Positions 1-10,182 are shown, counted from the stretch's first letter. The stretch is DNA of 64,000 nt from an uncultured Chloroflexia bacterium (GCA_963707215.1 CAVPPB010000003.1:1120001-1184000); one strand, 5' to 3'. Notes: generated from the sequence alone by a model not told the origin. Program-made: numbers and translations.

Positions 1-873
1 CGCCGCGGCCGTGTAGGGGTACTGGTCGGCGGCGACGTCGAGGCCCTCGTCGCGGGCCCGCTCGAGTCGACCGACGGCCTCGGCGGCCCGCCCATGGACC
101 GAGCGCGACGCGGCCTTGAGGTGGCTGACCTGGAGGCGGGCGCCCTGGCCGGCCGTCCGAACCGCCTCGATCGCCTCGTCGAGCGAGTCGAAGAGGCCGT
201 TGGCCTCGTTCCGCATGTGGGTCGCGTAGAGCCCGCCGGCGCGGGCCGCCACGGTCACGAGCGCGGCGATCTCGTCGGGGCGGGCGTGCATCCCGGGGGC
301 GTAGATGAGCCCGGACGAGAGGCCGAGGGCACCGGCGTCCATCGCCGCCTCGACCTCGCGGCGCATGGCGGCAAGCTCCCCGTCGTCGGGCGCCCGGGCC
401 GAGGGGCCCAGGACCGCCCCGCGGATGGTCCCGTGGCCGACCAGGAAGGCGACGTTGATGGAGAGGCGCTGGGCGTCGACGGCGTCGAGGTACTCGGCGA
501 AGGTCGTCCAGGCCGGCGGCTCCGGGAGCTCGCGGAGCGACGCCTCGACGAGGTCGCGGTTGCGGTCGTTGATCGGCGCCGCCGAGTCGCCGCAGTTGCC
601 GGACAGCTGGGTCGTGAAGCCCTGGCGGAGATGGCTCGCGAGCCCGCCGTCGACCAGCAGCGACGCGTCGCTGTGGCCGTGCGGATCGACGAAGCCGGGG
701 CAGACGACCCGTCCGCGGGCGTCGAGGACGAGCGCCACCGAGCTCGCGTCCACGGCCGAGAGATCCCCGACCGCCACGATCCGATCGCCGGCGACGCCGA
801 CGTCGGCCCGCCGTCCCGGCGCCCCCGTCCCGTCGACGAGCGTCCCGCCCCGCAGCAGGATGTCGAGGTTCAC
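1..873 (-). CDS. N-acyl-D-amino-acid deacylase (D-aminoacylase) family amidohydrolase, 3' end outside window
   Basis: Manual translation from GTG 873: MNLDILLRGGTLVDGTGAPGRRADVGV...PGFVDPHGHSD...QGFTTQLSGNCG; GTGA overlap with upstream stop. Confidence 0.88.
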   Translation of the reverse strand, partial: MNLDILLRGGTLVDGTGAPGRRADVGVAGDRIVAVGDLSAVDASSVALVLDARGRVVCPGFVDPHGHSDASLLVDGGLASHLRQGFTTQLSGNCGDSAAPINDRNRDLVEASLRELPEPPAWTTFAEYLDAVDAQRLSINVAFLVGHGTIRGAVLGPSARAPDDGELAAMRREVEAAMDAGALGLSSGLIYAPGMHARPDEIAALVTVAARAGGLYATHMRNEANGLFDSLDEAIEAVRTAGQGARLQVSHLKAASRSVHGRAAEAVGRLERARDEGLDVAADQYPYTAAA

Positions 874-1622
874 CTCGACCTCGCGCTGGCCGCCGCGGCT
901 CGGGCTTGGGCGGCCCGGGTCGCCCGGACCGCGTCGAGGAAGGTAGGGTCCTGCGGCTGGAGCGCCGGCAGCGCTCCCCCGACCGCCAGCTCCAGCAGGT
1001 GGTCCGCCAGACCTGGGTTCCAGGCCAGGAGCGGCCCGTGCAGGTAGGTCGCCACGATCCGCCCCGACCACGCCCCGTCGGTCGCCGGGGTCCCGCCGTT
1101 GCCGGTCCCGACCCCCAGCGTCGCCAGCGGCCGCAGCCCTGGACCCAGCTGGGTCCTGCCGGCGTGGCTCTCGTAGCCGACGACCTCGGGGAGCCCGAGC
1201 TCGGGGTCGAGCGCTCCCAGCACGGGTCCCTCGACGAACGACCCGAGCGTCGAGCGCGCGTCGAGCAGCCCGAGGCCGGGGTGGGTCGCCCCGTCGGCCC
1301 CCTCGAAGCGCTCCCCGACGACCTGGAAGCCGACGTCGATAGCCAGCAGGGCCGCCCCGGCCACGACCGCCCCGGCCAGGACGCCGTCGTCGCGCAGCCG
1401 CCGGGCGAGCTCCGGCAGGTCCTCGTCCTCGGCTCCCGCCACCTGGTACAGATGGGCCGTGGGCAGCGGATCGCCCGGCTGGACGACGAGGGTCCGGGCG
1501 GCGATGCCCCGGGCCCGGGCGCGGGCCTCCAGGACACGGAGGTTGCCGCCGTCAGCCTGGGGCATCGAGAGCGTCGGGTAGACGTCGACGAGGACCAGCT
1601 CCGTGTCGGCCACGGGGCTCAC
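870..1622 (-). CDS. gatD: GatD/CobQ-like type 1 glutamine amidotransferase (catalytic Cys replaced by Asp)
   Basis: C-terminal part of ORF 870..2963: VDVYPTLSMPQADGGN, GYESHAGRT, ATYLHGPLL; directly downstream of murT with GTGA overlap. Confidence 0.8.
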   Translation of the reverse strand: MSPVADTELVLVDVYPTLSMPQADGGNLRVLEARARARGIAARTLVVQPGDPLPTAHLYQVAGAEDEDLPELARRLRDDGVLAGAVVAGAALLAIDVGFQVVGERFEGADGATHPGLGLLDARSTLGSFVEGPVLGALDPELGLPEVVGYESHAGRTQLGPGLRPLATLGVGTGNGGTPATDGAWSGRIVATYLHGPLLAWNPGLADHLLELAVGGALPALQPQDPTFLDAVRATRAAQARAAAASARSR

Positions 1623-2911
1623 CCTCCCAACCGCGCTGCCAGGGCGAGGAACGCCGGGTAGTTCGCGGCGACGTCGACCGGGCCGACCGGCTGGCTGCGG
1701 ATCGCCTCCAGCGGGTCGCGGACGATGCTGACGTCGAGACCGGCGACCTGGAGGCGCAGGGCGGCGTCCTCGGCCCGGTTGCCGGCCACGACCGCACGTC
1801 GGCCGGCCAGCCGCTCGAACGGAGCATCCCAGAGGAACGCGGCGTCTTTGCCGGTTCCCCCGCGAGCCTCCATGACGACGACGAGGGGCCGGGCCTCGCC
1901 GGCCTGCAGCTCGACGATCTCGGTCCAGGACGACGGGTTCTTGGAGAGCAGCAGGCGGACCTGGCGCCCGTCGATGCCCCGGGCCCGGTAGCGGCCGTCC
2001 ACGTCGTCGACCGCGGCGATGGCCCGGGCGGCGGCGGCCGGCTCGGCGCCGAGCTCGACGGCTCCGGCCAGGGCGAAGAGGGCGTTCGAGGCGGTCGTCC
2101 GGCCCGGCAGCCGGAGGTCGAGGGGGACCTCGGTCCCGGGGCCGTGGGCGACGGATCCGTCGAGCCACCAGTCGGGCGTCGGGCGCTCCATCCCGCACGA
2201 GCCGCACCACCAGCGATCGCCGTCCCGCTCCAGGCGGACCAGGCAGGTCCGGCAGATCTCCCCGTCGACGGACCACCACATCCCGCCGGCGACCCAGCGG
2301 ACGTCGCCGTGCCTGCGAACGGCCCAGGCGACGAGGGGGTCGTCGGCGTTGGCCACGATCGTGCAGGGCCAGTCGATGGCGGCGGCGGTCTCGCGCCAGT
2401 GCCGGGCCAGCTTCTTGGTCCGGACCCCGCGCTCGAGGTAGTCCCGGCTGAGGTTCATCAGGACGACGACCCTGGCCCGCGTCGCGGTGGCGATCGGGCC
2501 CAGGTAGGCCTCGTCGGTCTCGAGGACGCCGTAGGGGGCGGCGCGATCGGCGTCGAGCGCCCAGACCAGGCCCTCGGCCATGTTCGCGCCGGTGTCGTTG
2601 AAGGCGACCCGTCCGCGGGTGGCGACGCCGGCGGCCAGGAGCCAGCTGGTCGTGCTCTTGCCGTTGGTCGCCGAGACCAGGGCGAGGGCTCGTCCGGCGG
2701 ACAGCCGCTCCAGGGCCCGTGGCTCGATCGCCAGGGCGACGCCCCCGCTGACTGTGGCGCCACGCCCACGGCCGAGCCGCCGCGACAGCCAGCCCGCCGA
2801 GCGGCCGGCCCCGAGCGCGAGCCGGGTCCGGAGCGGCAGTCCGGGGGGCGGGGCCGGTGGAGCGGAGGTGGACGGGGGCCCGACCGGCGCCGGGCGGGAC
2901 TCGGGGGACAT
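1619..2911 (-). CDS. murT: MurT-like Mur ligase (DUF1727), lipid II isoglutaminyl synthase subunit
   Basis: SATNGKSTT P-loop, GANMAEG, ETDE, NLSRD, NADDP, CxxC...CxxC zinc finger, KNP motif; TACACT -10 box 8 nt before ATG 2911. Confidence 0.85.
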   Translation of the reverse strand: MSPESRPAPVGPPSTSAPPAPPPGLPLRTRLALGAGRSAGWLSRRLGRGRGATVSGGVALAIEPRALERLSAGRALALVSATNGKSTTSWLLAAGVATRGRVAFNDTGANMAEGLVWALDADRAAPYGVLETDEAYLGPIATATRARVVVLMNLSRDYLERGVRTKKLARHWRETAAAIDWPCTIVANADDPLVAWAVRRHGDVRWVAGGMWWSVDGEICRTCLVRLERDGDRWWCGSCGMERPTPDWWLDGSVAHGPGTEVPLDLRLPGRTTASNALFALAGAVELGAEPAAAARAIAAVDDVDGRYRARGIDGRQVRLLLSKNPSSWTEIVELQAGEARPLVVVMEARGGTGKDAAFLWDAPFERLAGRRAVVAGNRAEDAALRLQVAGLDVSIVRDPLEAIRSQPVGPVDVAANYPAFLALAARLGG

Positions 2912-3032
2912 CGTCGCGGAGTGTACGCGCGCCGGCTCCGGGTGGCCTGCGGGGAGGGGACATGCGACGATGCGCCGATCAGCCGCGGCGCGCATCGATC
3001 CAGCGTCCCGGGCAGCCGATGGGAGTGACGTG

Positions 3033-3236
3033 ATGTTCAACCTGGAGGTCCAGCTTCGCCACCTGCACGGCGGGACGTCCGAGCCGATGGTCCGCCGCGA
3101 CCACCACGATGCCGCCGACCACGACCTCGAGCGCGCTCTGGCGAGGGGCGGCCAGATCTGGCGCTGCGAGCGCTGTCAGGACGAGGTCGTCGTGGTGCCG
3201 AGCTCCGGGGAGGCCACGGCGGAGCCGGAGCGGTAG
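3033..3236 (+). CDS. Small hypothetical His-rich/CxxC protein (67 aa)
   Basis: GGGAG RBS then MFNLEVQLRHLHGG...WRCERCQDEVVV; divergent from murT. Confidence 0.65.
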   Translation: MFNLEVQLRHLHGGTSEPMVRRDHHDAADHDLERALARGGQIWRCERCQDEVVVVPSSGEATAEPER

Positions 3237-3366
3237 CTTCCGGCCGGACGCCCTGGACCGGCGCGGCCATCATCGGCTGCCAGGACGGGCATGGGGGATC
3301 GCATCGGCGGCACGTGCTCCTTCAGGCGAAGTGGGACACTTCCCGCCCCTGGCGCATCTACCTCGC

Positions 3367-3912
3367 ATGACGGACATCGCCGTGACAGACGTCCCCGCGG
3401 TCGAAGGTTCGGTCCGGCGCTCGGCCGACGGTGATGAGGTCGCCTTCGCTCGATTGATCGGCGAGCACAACTCGTCGATGGCCCGGGTCGCCTACGCGAT
3501 CACCGGCGACCGGGATTCCGCAGGCGACGCGGTCCAATCGGCCTGGGCGATCGCCTGGCGACGGCTCGGCAGCCTGCGGGATCCCGCCCAGGTGCACCCA
3601 TGGCTGGTCGCGATCGCCGCCAACGAGGCCCGACAAGCGCTGCGCCGGCAGCGTGTGCGGCGAGTCGTCGACATCTCCACGACGATCGCGGCCGGCGCCG
3701 GCGGCGACCCGGCCGATCGGATCGCCACCATCGATCTCGACCGGGTGCTGATCCGACTGGCGCCCGACGACCGGACGCTCCTCGCGCTCCGCTTCGTGGC
3801 CGGGCTCGACTCATCAGAGATCGCGGCCCAGCTGGGCCTGTCCGCCTCGGGCGTGCGCAGCCGCCTCTCGCGCCTCATCGAGCGTCTCCGAAGGGAGCTC
3901 GACCATGCCTGA
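3367..3912 (+). CDS. ECF sigma-70 factor
   Basis: GDEVAFARLI, AGDAVQSAWAIAW, WLVAIAANEAR, region 4 EIAAQLGLSASGVRSRLSR. Confidence 0.92.
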   Translation: MTDIAVTDVPAVEGSVRRSADGDEVAFARLIGEHNSSMARVAYAITGDRDSAGDAVQSAWAIAWRRLGSLRDPAQVHPWLVAIAANEARQALRRQRVRRVVDISTTIAAGAGGDPADRIATIDLDRVLIRLAPDDRTLLALRFVAGLDSSEIAAQLGLSASGVRSRLSRLIERLRRELDHA

Positions 3913-5131
3913 GCCGCCGACCTTCGAGGCCCGCCTCGCCGACGCCTTCGACCGGTATGTCGCGCCAGCGCCGGTCGAGGTCGACACACGCGCCCTGGCG
4001 CGCTCCGTGGTGGCCGGCGCCGCGGGCCGGCGCTGGCAGGCGAGTGACCTCGCCCCAACCGGACGGCGACTCCTGTTGCTCGCGGCGGCGCTGCTCGTCG
4101 CGAGCCTGGCCGCGATCGTGGTGGGCGGCCGACTCGTCGATCCACCGCCGCCACCGACGCCGTTCCGGGGCGAGCTCCTGCCCGCTGGCTCGCTCATCCA
4201 GCCGCGGATCGGGGCTGCGCTCGTCCCGCTGCAGGATGGGCGGGTCCTGGTCGTCGGTGGCCTGCCGGACCCGACGGAGTCGACGGACGAGACCGGCTCC
4301 GGTCTCACCCCGCCGGAGATCTGGGACCCAGCGACGGGGCGCTTCAGTCCGGTCGACGGCTACGCACATGCCATGCGTGCGGCGACCATCTTGCAGGATG
4401 GGCGCGTCCTGACCCTGGGTGCGGACCGCACCTACGCCGTGTTCGACCCGTCGACCGGCGCGGTCTCGGCTCGCAACGGCATGGCCGCGGATCGATCGAG
4501 CCCGGCAGCCGCCCTGCTTCGGGACGGACGGGTGCTGGTCGTGGGCGGCACCGCCGACGCGACGGCCGAGTTGTTCGACCCGATGTCGAACCGGTTCGCA
4601 CCGACCGGCTCGATGACCCAAGGTCGACAGGCGCCGATCGCGGTGGGCCTACGGGACGGGCGGGCGCTCATCGTCGGGGGCGGGATCGCGACCGCCGAAG
4701 TGTACGACCCGGCGACCGGCGAGTTCGTCGACCTCGGACCGACCGGTCTGACGGCCGACCCCGTAGCTGCGAACCGACTATCCGACGGGCGTGTGCTGGT
4801 GATCGGCACCGCCCGCTTCCAGGCCACCGCCCCGGCGGTCATCTTCGACCCAACGACCGAACGCTTCGACCCGACGGTCGACGTGCCGAGCCATGTCGCC
4901 GGGGCGGCGGCGACATGGGACGGACCAGCCGTCCTGGTCGGCGACCATGAGAGGGGCGGTGGCACCTTCGCCGTGCTGTTCGATCCCGCGGTCGGGGTGG
5001 TCCGTGAGCTGCCTTCGCCGACCGCGTACCACCCGAGTGTCGCAGCGCTCCCGGATGGAGGGGTGCTCCTCGTCGGCGGCTACGACATCGACGACGGTGC
5101 GAGGCTTAGGGTCGCCGAGATCTACCGCTGA
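3905..5131 (+). CDS. Membrane-anchored kelch/galactose-oxidase-repeat protein, probable anti-sigma factor
   Basis: Overlaps the sigma stop; N-terminal TM helix; repeated L.DGRVLVVGG...AE.YDP.TG.F motifs. Confidence 0.8.
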   Translation: MPEPPTFEARLADAFDRYVAPAPVEVDTRALARSVVAGAAGRRWQASDLAPTGRRLLLLAAALLVASLAAIVVGGRLVDPPPPPTPFRGELLPAGSLIQPRIGAALVPLQDGRVLVVGGLPDPTESTDETGSGLTPPEIWDPATGRFSPVDGYAHAMRAATILQDGRVLTLGADRTYAVFDPSTGAVSARNGMAADRSSPAAALLRDGRVLVVGGTADATAELFDPMSNRFAPTGSMTQGRQAPIAVGLRDGRALIVGGGIATAEVYDPATGEFVDLGPTGLTADPVAANRLSDGRVLVIGTARFQATAPAVIFDPTTERFDPTVDVPSHVAGAAATWDGPAVLVGDHERGGGTFAVLFDPAVGVVRELPSPTAYHPSVAALPDGGVLLVGGYDIDDGARLRVAEIYR

Positions 5132-5151
5132 GGCGAACGAGAGGGACTGGG

Positions 5152-6246
5152 ATGGACGGACGACGATCGACCCTGGCAGGTGCGCTCATCGCGAGCCTCG
5201 CGGTCGCGGTCGGAGCTTGCGGAGGTGCGACATCGCCGGCTCCCACGAGCCCTTCGCCTTCAGCAGTGGTGACCAGCGCCAGCCCCAGGGGGTCGTCGAG
5301 TCCCACGGTCTCGCCCACGCCGACGCCCAGCCCGGCGATGGCCGACGGCGAGGCCTGGCTCGCGTTCCAGGCGAGCGGCCCCGCAGGATACGGCATCTAC
5401 CTCGTCCGTCCGGACGGCACCGGCTTCCACGCTCCGATCGCGGGCGTCGGGTCCGGCACGCAGCTGCACCCGGACTGGTCGCCCGATGGCTCGAGCCTGA
5501 CCTTCGACATGGAGGAGTCGGGCGATGTCTGGCTCGTCCGCGTCGACGGGTGGGAACCGGAGCGGCTCGTCGATTGCGAGGCGCCGTGCGCCTGGGCGAG
5601 TGAGGCAGCATGGGCGCCGGACGGGGCCTCGGTCGCGTTCCAGCGGTACGCAGAGGTGGACGGGAAGACCGTGTCCGCGCTCGAGGTGCTCGACATCACG
5701 ACGCGCGAGGTCCGGACCGTGCTCAGCGCGCCCGAGGGCCTCGTCATGTTCGCGCCGCGCTGGTCGCCCGACGGTCGCTCGGTCGTCGTCGAGGTGGCGA
5801 GGTTCGAGGGCGGCACGCCGCGCGGCCAGATCGTCGGCGATTCGCTCGGCGTGATCGACCTGACGGCGGCGATGCCCGAGATCCGCACGATCGTGCCCTT
5901 CGAGTGGTTCGCCAACAACCCTGACTGGAGCCCTACCGGCGCGCTTCTGGTCTTCTCCGCCCCGTCGGCGGGTGGGGAGCCCGGCGGAGCGAAGAGCGAC
6001 CTGTGGACCGTGAACCCCGACGGCAGTGGCCTGACGCGCCTCACCGATGTCGCCGCCTCGGGCGGCACGGCGATCCACCCGGCCTTCGCACCCGATGGCG
6101 AGGGGGTCCTCTTCGTCCTGACGGACCCAGCCTCGGGCGCGTTCGACGCGATGGCGACGATCGGCCTGGACGGCACCGGCCTAGCGCCGGCGACGTCGTC
6201 GGGCTACACACCGGGCACCCATCCCCGACTGCGGCCGACACCGTAG
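5152..6246 (+). CDS. Lipoprotein with TolB-like/PD40 beta-propeller
   Basis: Signal peptide ending VGAC, Ser/Pro/Thr linker, repeated P.WSPDG motifs. Confidence 0.85.
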   Translation: MDGRRSTLAGALIASLAVAVGACGGATSPAPTSPSPSAVVTSASPRGSSSPTVSPTPTPSPAMADGEAWLAFQASGPAGYGIYLVRPDGTGFHAPIAGVGSGTQLHPDWSPDGSSLTFDMEESGDVWLVRVDGWEPERLVDCEAPCAWASEAAWAPDGASVAFQRYAEVDGKTVSALEVLDITTREVRTVLSAPEGLVMFAPRWSPDGRSVVVEVARFEGGTPRGQIVGDSLGVIDLTAAMPEIRTIVPFEWFANNPDWSPTGALLVFSAPSAGGEPGGAKSDLWTVNPDGSGLTRLTDVAASGGTAIHPAFAPDGEGVLFVLTDPASGAFDAMATIGLDGTGLAPATSSGYTPGTHPRLRPTP

Positions 6247-6274
6247 GGCCCGGCCGCTCCCACCGACCCTGCGC

Positions 6275-6280
6275 TATACT
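6275..6280 (+). promoter_or_regulatory. -10 element (TATACT) of tRNA-Ala promoter
   Basis: Near-consensus hexamer 13 nt before the tRNA in GC-rich context. Confidence 0.6.
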
Positions 6281-6293
6281 CCCCCTCCGGCGT

Positions 6294-6369
6294 GGGGCTA
6301 TAGCTCAGCTGGGAGAGCGTCTGAATGGCATTCAGAAGGTCCGGGGTTCGAATCCCCGTAGCTCCACCA
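6294..6369 (+). tRNA. tRNA-Ala (GGC)
   Basis: GGGGCTATAGCTCAGCTGGGAGAGCG...TCTGA-ATGGCAT-TCAGA...GGTTCGAATCC...TAGCTCCACCA; G3:U70 pair; encoded CCA; 76 nt. Confidence 0.98.
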
Positions 6370-6393
6370 AGCCACTGACACGCCGACCACCTC

Positions 6394-6428
6394 GACCCCC
6401 TGCCGGTTCGGCGGGGGGTCTTCGTTTC
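6394..6428 (+). terminator. Probable intrinsic terminator after tRNA
   Basis: Hairpin GACCCCCTGCCG-GTT-CGGCGGGGGGTC followed by TTCGTTT. Confidence 0.65.
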
Positions 6429-6470
6429 GACCGGCGACCGACGCCGAGCAGGAGCCGCAGGGAACCGATC

Positions 6471-9052
6471 GTGACCGACACCGCCGAGCCGCGACTCCCG
6501 GCACCGGCGCCGCTGGGCGCGGGCGCATCGACCGCTACGAGCCGACCGCCATCGAGCCGCGCTGGCAGGCCCGCTGGGACGAGCTGAGGCTGTAGCGGAC
6601 GGACCTCCACGACGCGTCGCGGCCCCATTACTACCTGCTCACGATGTACGACTACCCGTCGGGCGACCTCCACATCGGGCACTGGTACGTCAAGACCCCG
6701 ACCGACGCCCTGGGCCGCTTCCGGCGGATGCAGGGCCACGATGTCTTCATGCCGGTGGGCTTCGACGCCTTCGGCCTGCCGGCCGAGAACGCGGCCATCA
6801 AGAGCGGTCGCCACCCGGTCGAGTGGACGATGCGCAACATCCAGAACATGCGGCGTCAACTGCGCTCGATGGGGGCCGCCTGGGACTGGGACGCCGAGGT
6901 CGTCACCTGCGACCCGTCGTACTACCGCTGGAACCAGTGGCTGTTCCTGCGCTTCCTGGAGGCCGGGCTGGCCTACCGCTCGGTCTCGGCGGTGGACTGG
7001 TGCCCCAACGACGGGACCCTGGCCCGCGAGCAGGTCGAGGGAGCCGACCGCCACTGCTGGCGCTGCGGGGCCAAGGTCGAGAAGCGCGAGCTGCCCCAGT
7101 GGTACCTGCGGACGACCGCCTACGCCGACGAGCTGCTCGACTTCACTGGCATCGACTGGCCCGAGCCGATCCGCGTCATGCAGACCAACTGGATCGGCCG
7201 TTCGGAGGGCGGCGAAGTCGTCTTCACCTCGGCCCCCGACCAGCACCAGCCGGGCGGTGACGAGATCCGGGTCTTCACGACCCGCCCGGACACGCTCTTC
7301 GGGGCGACGTTCATGGTCCTGGCGCCCGAGCACCCGCTGGTCGAGAAGCTGACCGCGCCGGGTCAGCGGGGGGTCGTCCGGGCCTACGTCGAGCAGGCCG
7401 CCAGCGAGACCGAGATCGAGCGCCTCTCCACCGAGCGCGAGAAGACCGGCGTCCCGATCGGCGCCGACGCCATCAACCCGGTCAACGGCGAGCGCATCCC
7501 GATCTGGGTCGCCGACTACGTCCTGGCCGGCTACGGCACCGGGGCGATCATGGCCGTGCCGGCCCACGACGAGCGCGACTTCGCCTTCGCCAGGGAGTTC
7601 GGGCTGGAGATCCGCGAGGTCATCCGGCCGATGGACCGGGTCGGCCACGAGGGAGAGCTGGCAGAGGCCTACGTCAGCAAGGCCGACACCGACGTCCTGG
7701 TCAACTCGGGCCGCTACAACGGCATGTCCTCGCCCGACGCGATCCGGGCCATCGTCGCCGACCTGGAGGAGCGCGGCCTGGGCAAGGCCGCCGTCACCTA
7801 CCGCCTCCGCGACTGGCTCATCAGCCGCCAGCGCTACTGGGGCACGCCGTTCCCGATCGTCTACTGCGAGACCGACGGCATCGTCCCGGTCCCCGACGAC
7901 CAGCTGCCGGTCCTCCTGCCCGAGACCGTCGACTACAAGGGGAGCGGCGTCAACCCGCTGACCCACGACGAGGCCTTCCTGGCGGCGACCTGCCCGCGCT
8001 GCGGGGGCCCGGCCCGCCGCGAGACCGACACGATGGACACCTTCATGGATTCGTCGTGGTACTGGTTCCGCTACCTCTCGCCCGCCAAGGACGACGGAGC
8101 GGTCGACCGGGCGATGACCGACGCCTGGACCCCGGTCGACCAGTACACCGGCGGCGCCGAGCACGCGGTCATGCACCTGCTCTACAGCCGCTTCTTCACC
8201 AAGGCCATGGCCGACTGCGGCCTCGTCGGCCACCGCGAGCCGTTCCGCCGGCTGTTCAACCAGGGCCAGATCCTGGGCGCCGACGGCGAGCGGATGAGCA
8301 AGAGCCGGGGCAACGTCCAGGACCCCGACGACCTGGTGGGGCGGTACGGCGCCGACACGGTCCGGCTCTTCCTGATGTTCATGGGTCCCTGGGACCAGGG
8401 CGGTCCCTGGAGCCAGACCGGGGTCGGTGGCGTGCACCGCTTCCTGAACCGGGTCTGGACGCTGACCCTGGACCCGCACGGGGTCGAGCCGTCCGATCCT
8501 GAGGCCGGCCGGCTGCCGGCCGGCGAGGATGCCGGGGCCGCCGAGCGGACGCTCCGGGCAGCCGCCCACCGGACCCTCCGCGACGTCACCGCCGACTACG
8601 AGGGCTTCCGGTTCAACGTCATGGTCGCCAAGCTCATGGAGCTGTCCAACGTCCTCTACCGCTACCGCGGCACCGAGGTCGCCGGCGGGGCGGCCTGGGA
8701 CGAGGCGGTCCGGCTGCTCCTGCTGATGCTGGCCCCGGCGGCCCCGCACGTCGCCGAGGAGCTCTGGTCGCGCCGCCAGGCGGCAGCCGGCGTCGAATGG
8801 TCGTCGATCCATCTCGAGACCTGGCCGGCCGTCGACGAGGGGGCCGCGGCCGAGGAGACCCGCGAGGTCCCCGTCCAGGTGAACGGCAAGCTCCGCGACA
8901 AGGTCGTCGTGCCGGCCGACATCTCGCAGGCGGAGCTCGAGGCGATCGTCCTGGCCCGGCCGAAGGTCGAGGCCGCGCTGGCCGGTCGCACCCCGGACCG
9001 GGTCATCCACGCCGGCGGCGGCAAGCTCGTCAACATCGTCGTCCGGGGATGA
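6471..9052 (+). CDS. leuS: Leucine--tRNA ligase (5' end has a frameshift near 6490 and an in-frame TAG at 6593)
   Basis: [31 protein letters not shown] editing domain, [16 protein letters not shown]; upstream frame gives [15 protein letters not shown]. Confidence 0.95.
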
Positions 9053-9603
9053 GCGACGGGACCGACCGGGTCGGCGAGGCGATCGCCGCCTGGGCCGAGA
9101 TGACCGCTCCCCCCGACCCGTCGACGGGGGCCCGGAGCCGCCCGATGCGCCCGGTGCGCGACGGCGCGGTCGTCGAGCTCCGCGAGATCACCGAGCCGAT
9201 CGTTCGCGACGTCCTGCGGCTCCAGGTGGCGCCGTCCCAGCGCGGCCACGTCGCCCCGAACGCCGTCTCGCTCGCCGAGGCGCTCTTCGAGCCGAAGGCC
9301 TGGTACCGGGTCATCGTGGCCGACGATCGGCCGGTCGGGTTCGCCATGCTGTCCGTCGACACCGCCAAGCCCGAGTACTACCTCTGGCGCCTGATGGTGG
9401 CCGAGCCGTACCAGGGCCTGGGCTACGGCCGACGGGCCGTCGAGCTGCTGGTCGAGCACGTCCGGGGCCTGCCGAACGCGACCGAGCTGGTGGTGAGCTG
9501 GGTGCCCGGCGAGGCCGGACCCGAGCGCTTCTATCGCGACCTCGGCTTCGAGCCGACGGGCGAGGTCGACGAGGGCGAGGTCGTCGCGAGGCTCACGCTG
9601 TGA
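9049..9603 (+). CDS. GNAT N-acetyltransferase (diamine acetyltransferase-like)
   Basis: [16 protein letters not shown] acetyl-CoA motif, FYRDLGF; ATGA overlap with leuS. Confidence 0.85.
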   Translation: MSDGTDRVGEAIAAWAEMTAPPDPSTGARSRPMRPVRDGAVVELREITEPIVRDVLRLQVAPSQRGHVAPNAVSLAEALFEPKAWYRVIVADDRPVGFAMLSVDTAKPEYYLWRLMVAEPYQGLGYGRRAVELLVEHVRGLPNATELVVSWVPGEAGPERFYRDLGFEPTGEVDEGEVVARLTL

Positions 9604-10022
9604 GAGGCGGCGTCGATCGAGCGCGAGGTGCTTCGGCGACGCTGGCGCTCGCCGCGCTCGTCGGCGCCGTCGCCCTCGCCTCGGCTGGCTGCGCCGGCTT
9701 CACCAGCGACCCGGCCCTGACCCTCGGCCTGGCCAACGAGACCGACCGGCCGGTGCTCGTCTACGTCAACGACGAGTGGGTCGGCACCTTCCCGGTCGAC
9801 GCGGACCGCGACGACATCACGACGAGCGCGCACGGCGGGCCGCCCTGGCGGGTCGAGGTCCGGACCGACGCGGGCACGGTCCTGGCAGCCTTCGAGGCGG
9901 ACACCGCGACCGTGCCGACCGGGATCGAGGCCGAGACGACCTGCGGGGACCTCGCCGCCTGGGCCGGCGACGCGCGTCCGCCCGAGCTGGAGATCGCTCC
10001 GGGCACCGTCCCCTGCGAGTAG
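9600..10022 (+). CDS. Hypothetical lipoprotein
   Basis: Hydrophobic signal ending SAGC; GTGA overlap with GNAT. Confidence 0.6.
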   Translation: MRGGVDRARGASATLALAALVGAVALASAGCAGFTSDPALTLGLANETDRPVLVYVNDEWVGTFPVDADRDDITTSAHGGPPWRVEVRTDAGTVLAAFEADTATVPTGIEAETTCGDLAAWAGDARPPELEIAPGTVPCE

Positions 10023-10068
10023 GCTCCGGCGATCTCGAGGCTCGGCCGACGGTCGGAGCCGAGCTCGG

Positions 10069-10154
10069 TGCTGGGGGTGTCCCGGTCGACGGCTGACCGC
10101 CGAGCCGCCTCGTGAGTCGGTACGGCGACGGCTGGTTCGTCGGTGATGTCGACG
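10069..10154 (+). repeat. Degenerate copy (74/87 identities) of 14065-14151, the 5' region of the class III aminotransferase gene
   Basis: Manual alignment: 12 substitutions (10 transitions, including TGG>TGA) and a 1-bp gap. Confidence 0.9.
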
Positions 10155-10182
10155 AGGCCTCCCCGTTCGCCGATCCCCGCGG

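Noticed and set aside
3367-6428. Genomic island integrated at tRNA-Ala
   Set aside because: No integrase and no duplicated tRNA 3' end is visible in the window.
6593-6595. TAG recoding (alternative genetic code or pyrrolysine)
   Set aside because: TAG is the normal stop of many genes here (e.g. 6246, 17722, 18693, 26620, 54290), and a nearby indel points to local sequence error.
6332-9010. Long antisense and alternate-frame ORFs (e.g. 892 aa opposite leuS; 35907-38303; 49732-52152)
   Set aside because: These are shadow ORFs expected from high GC3, with Arg/Pro/Gly-rich composition and no domain motifs.
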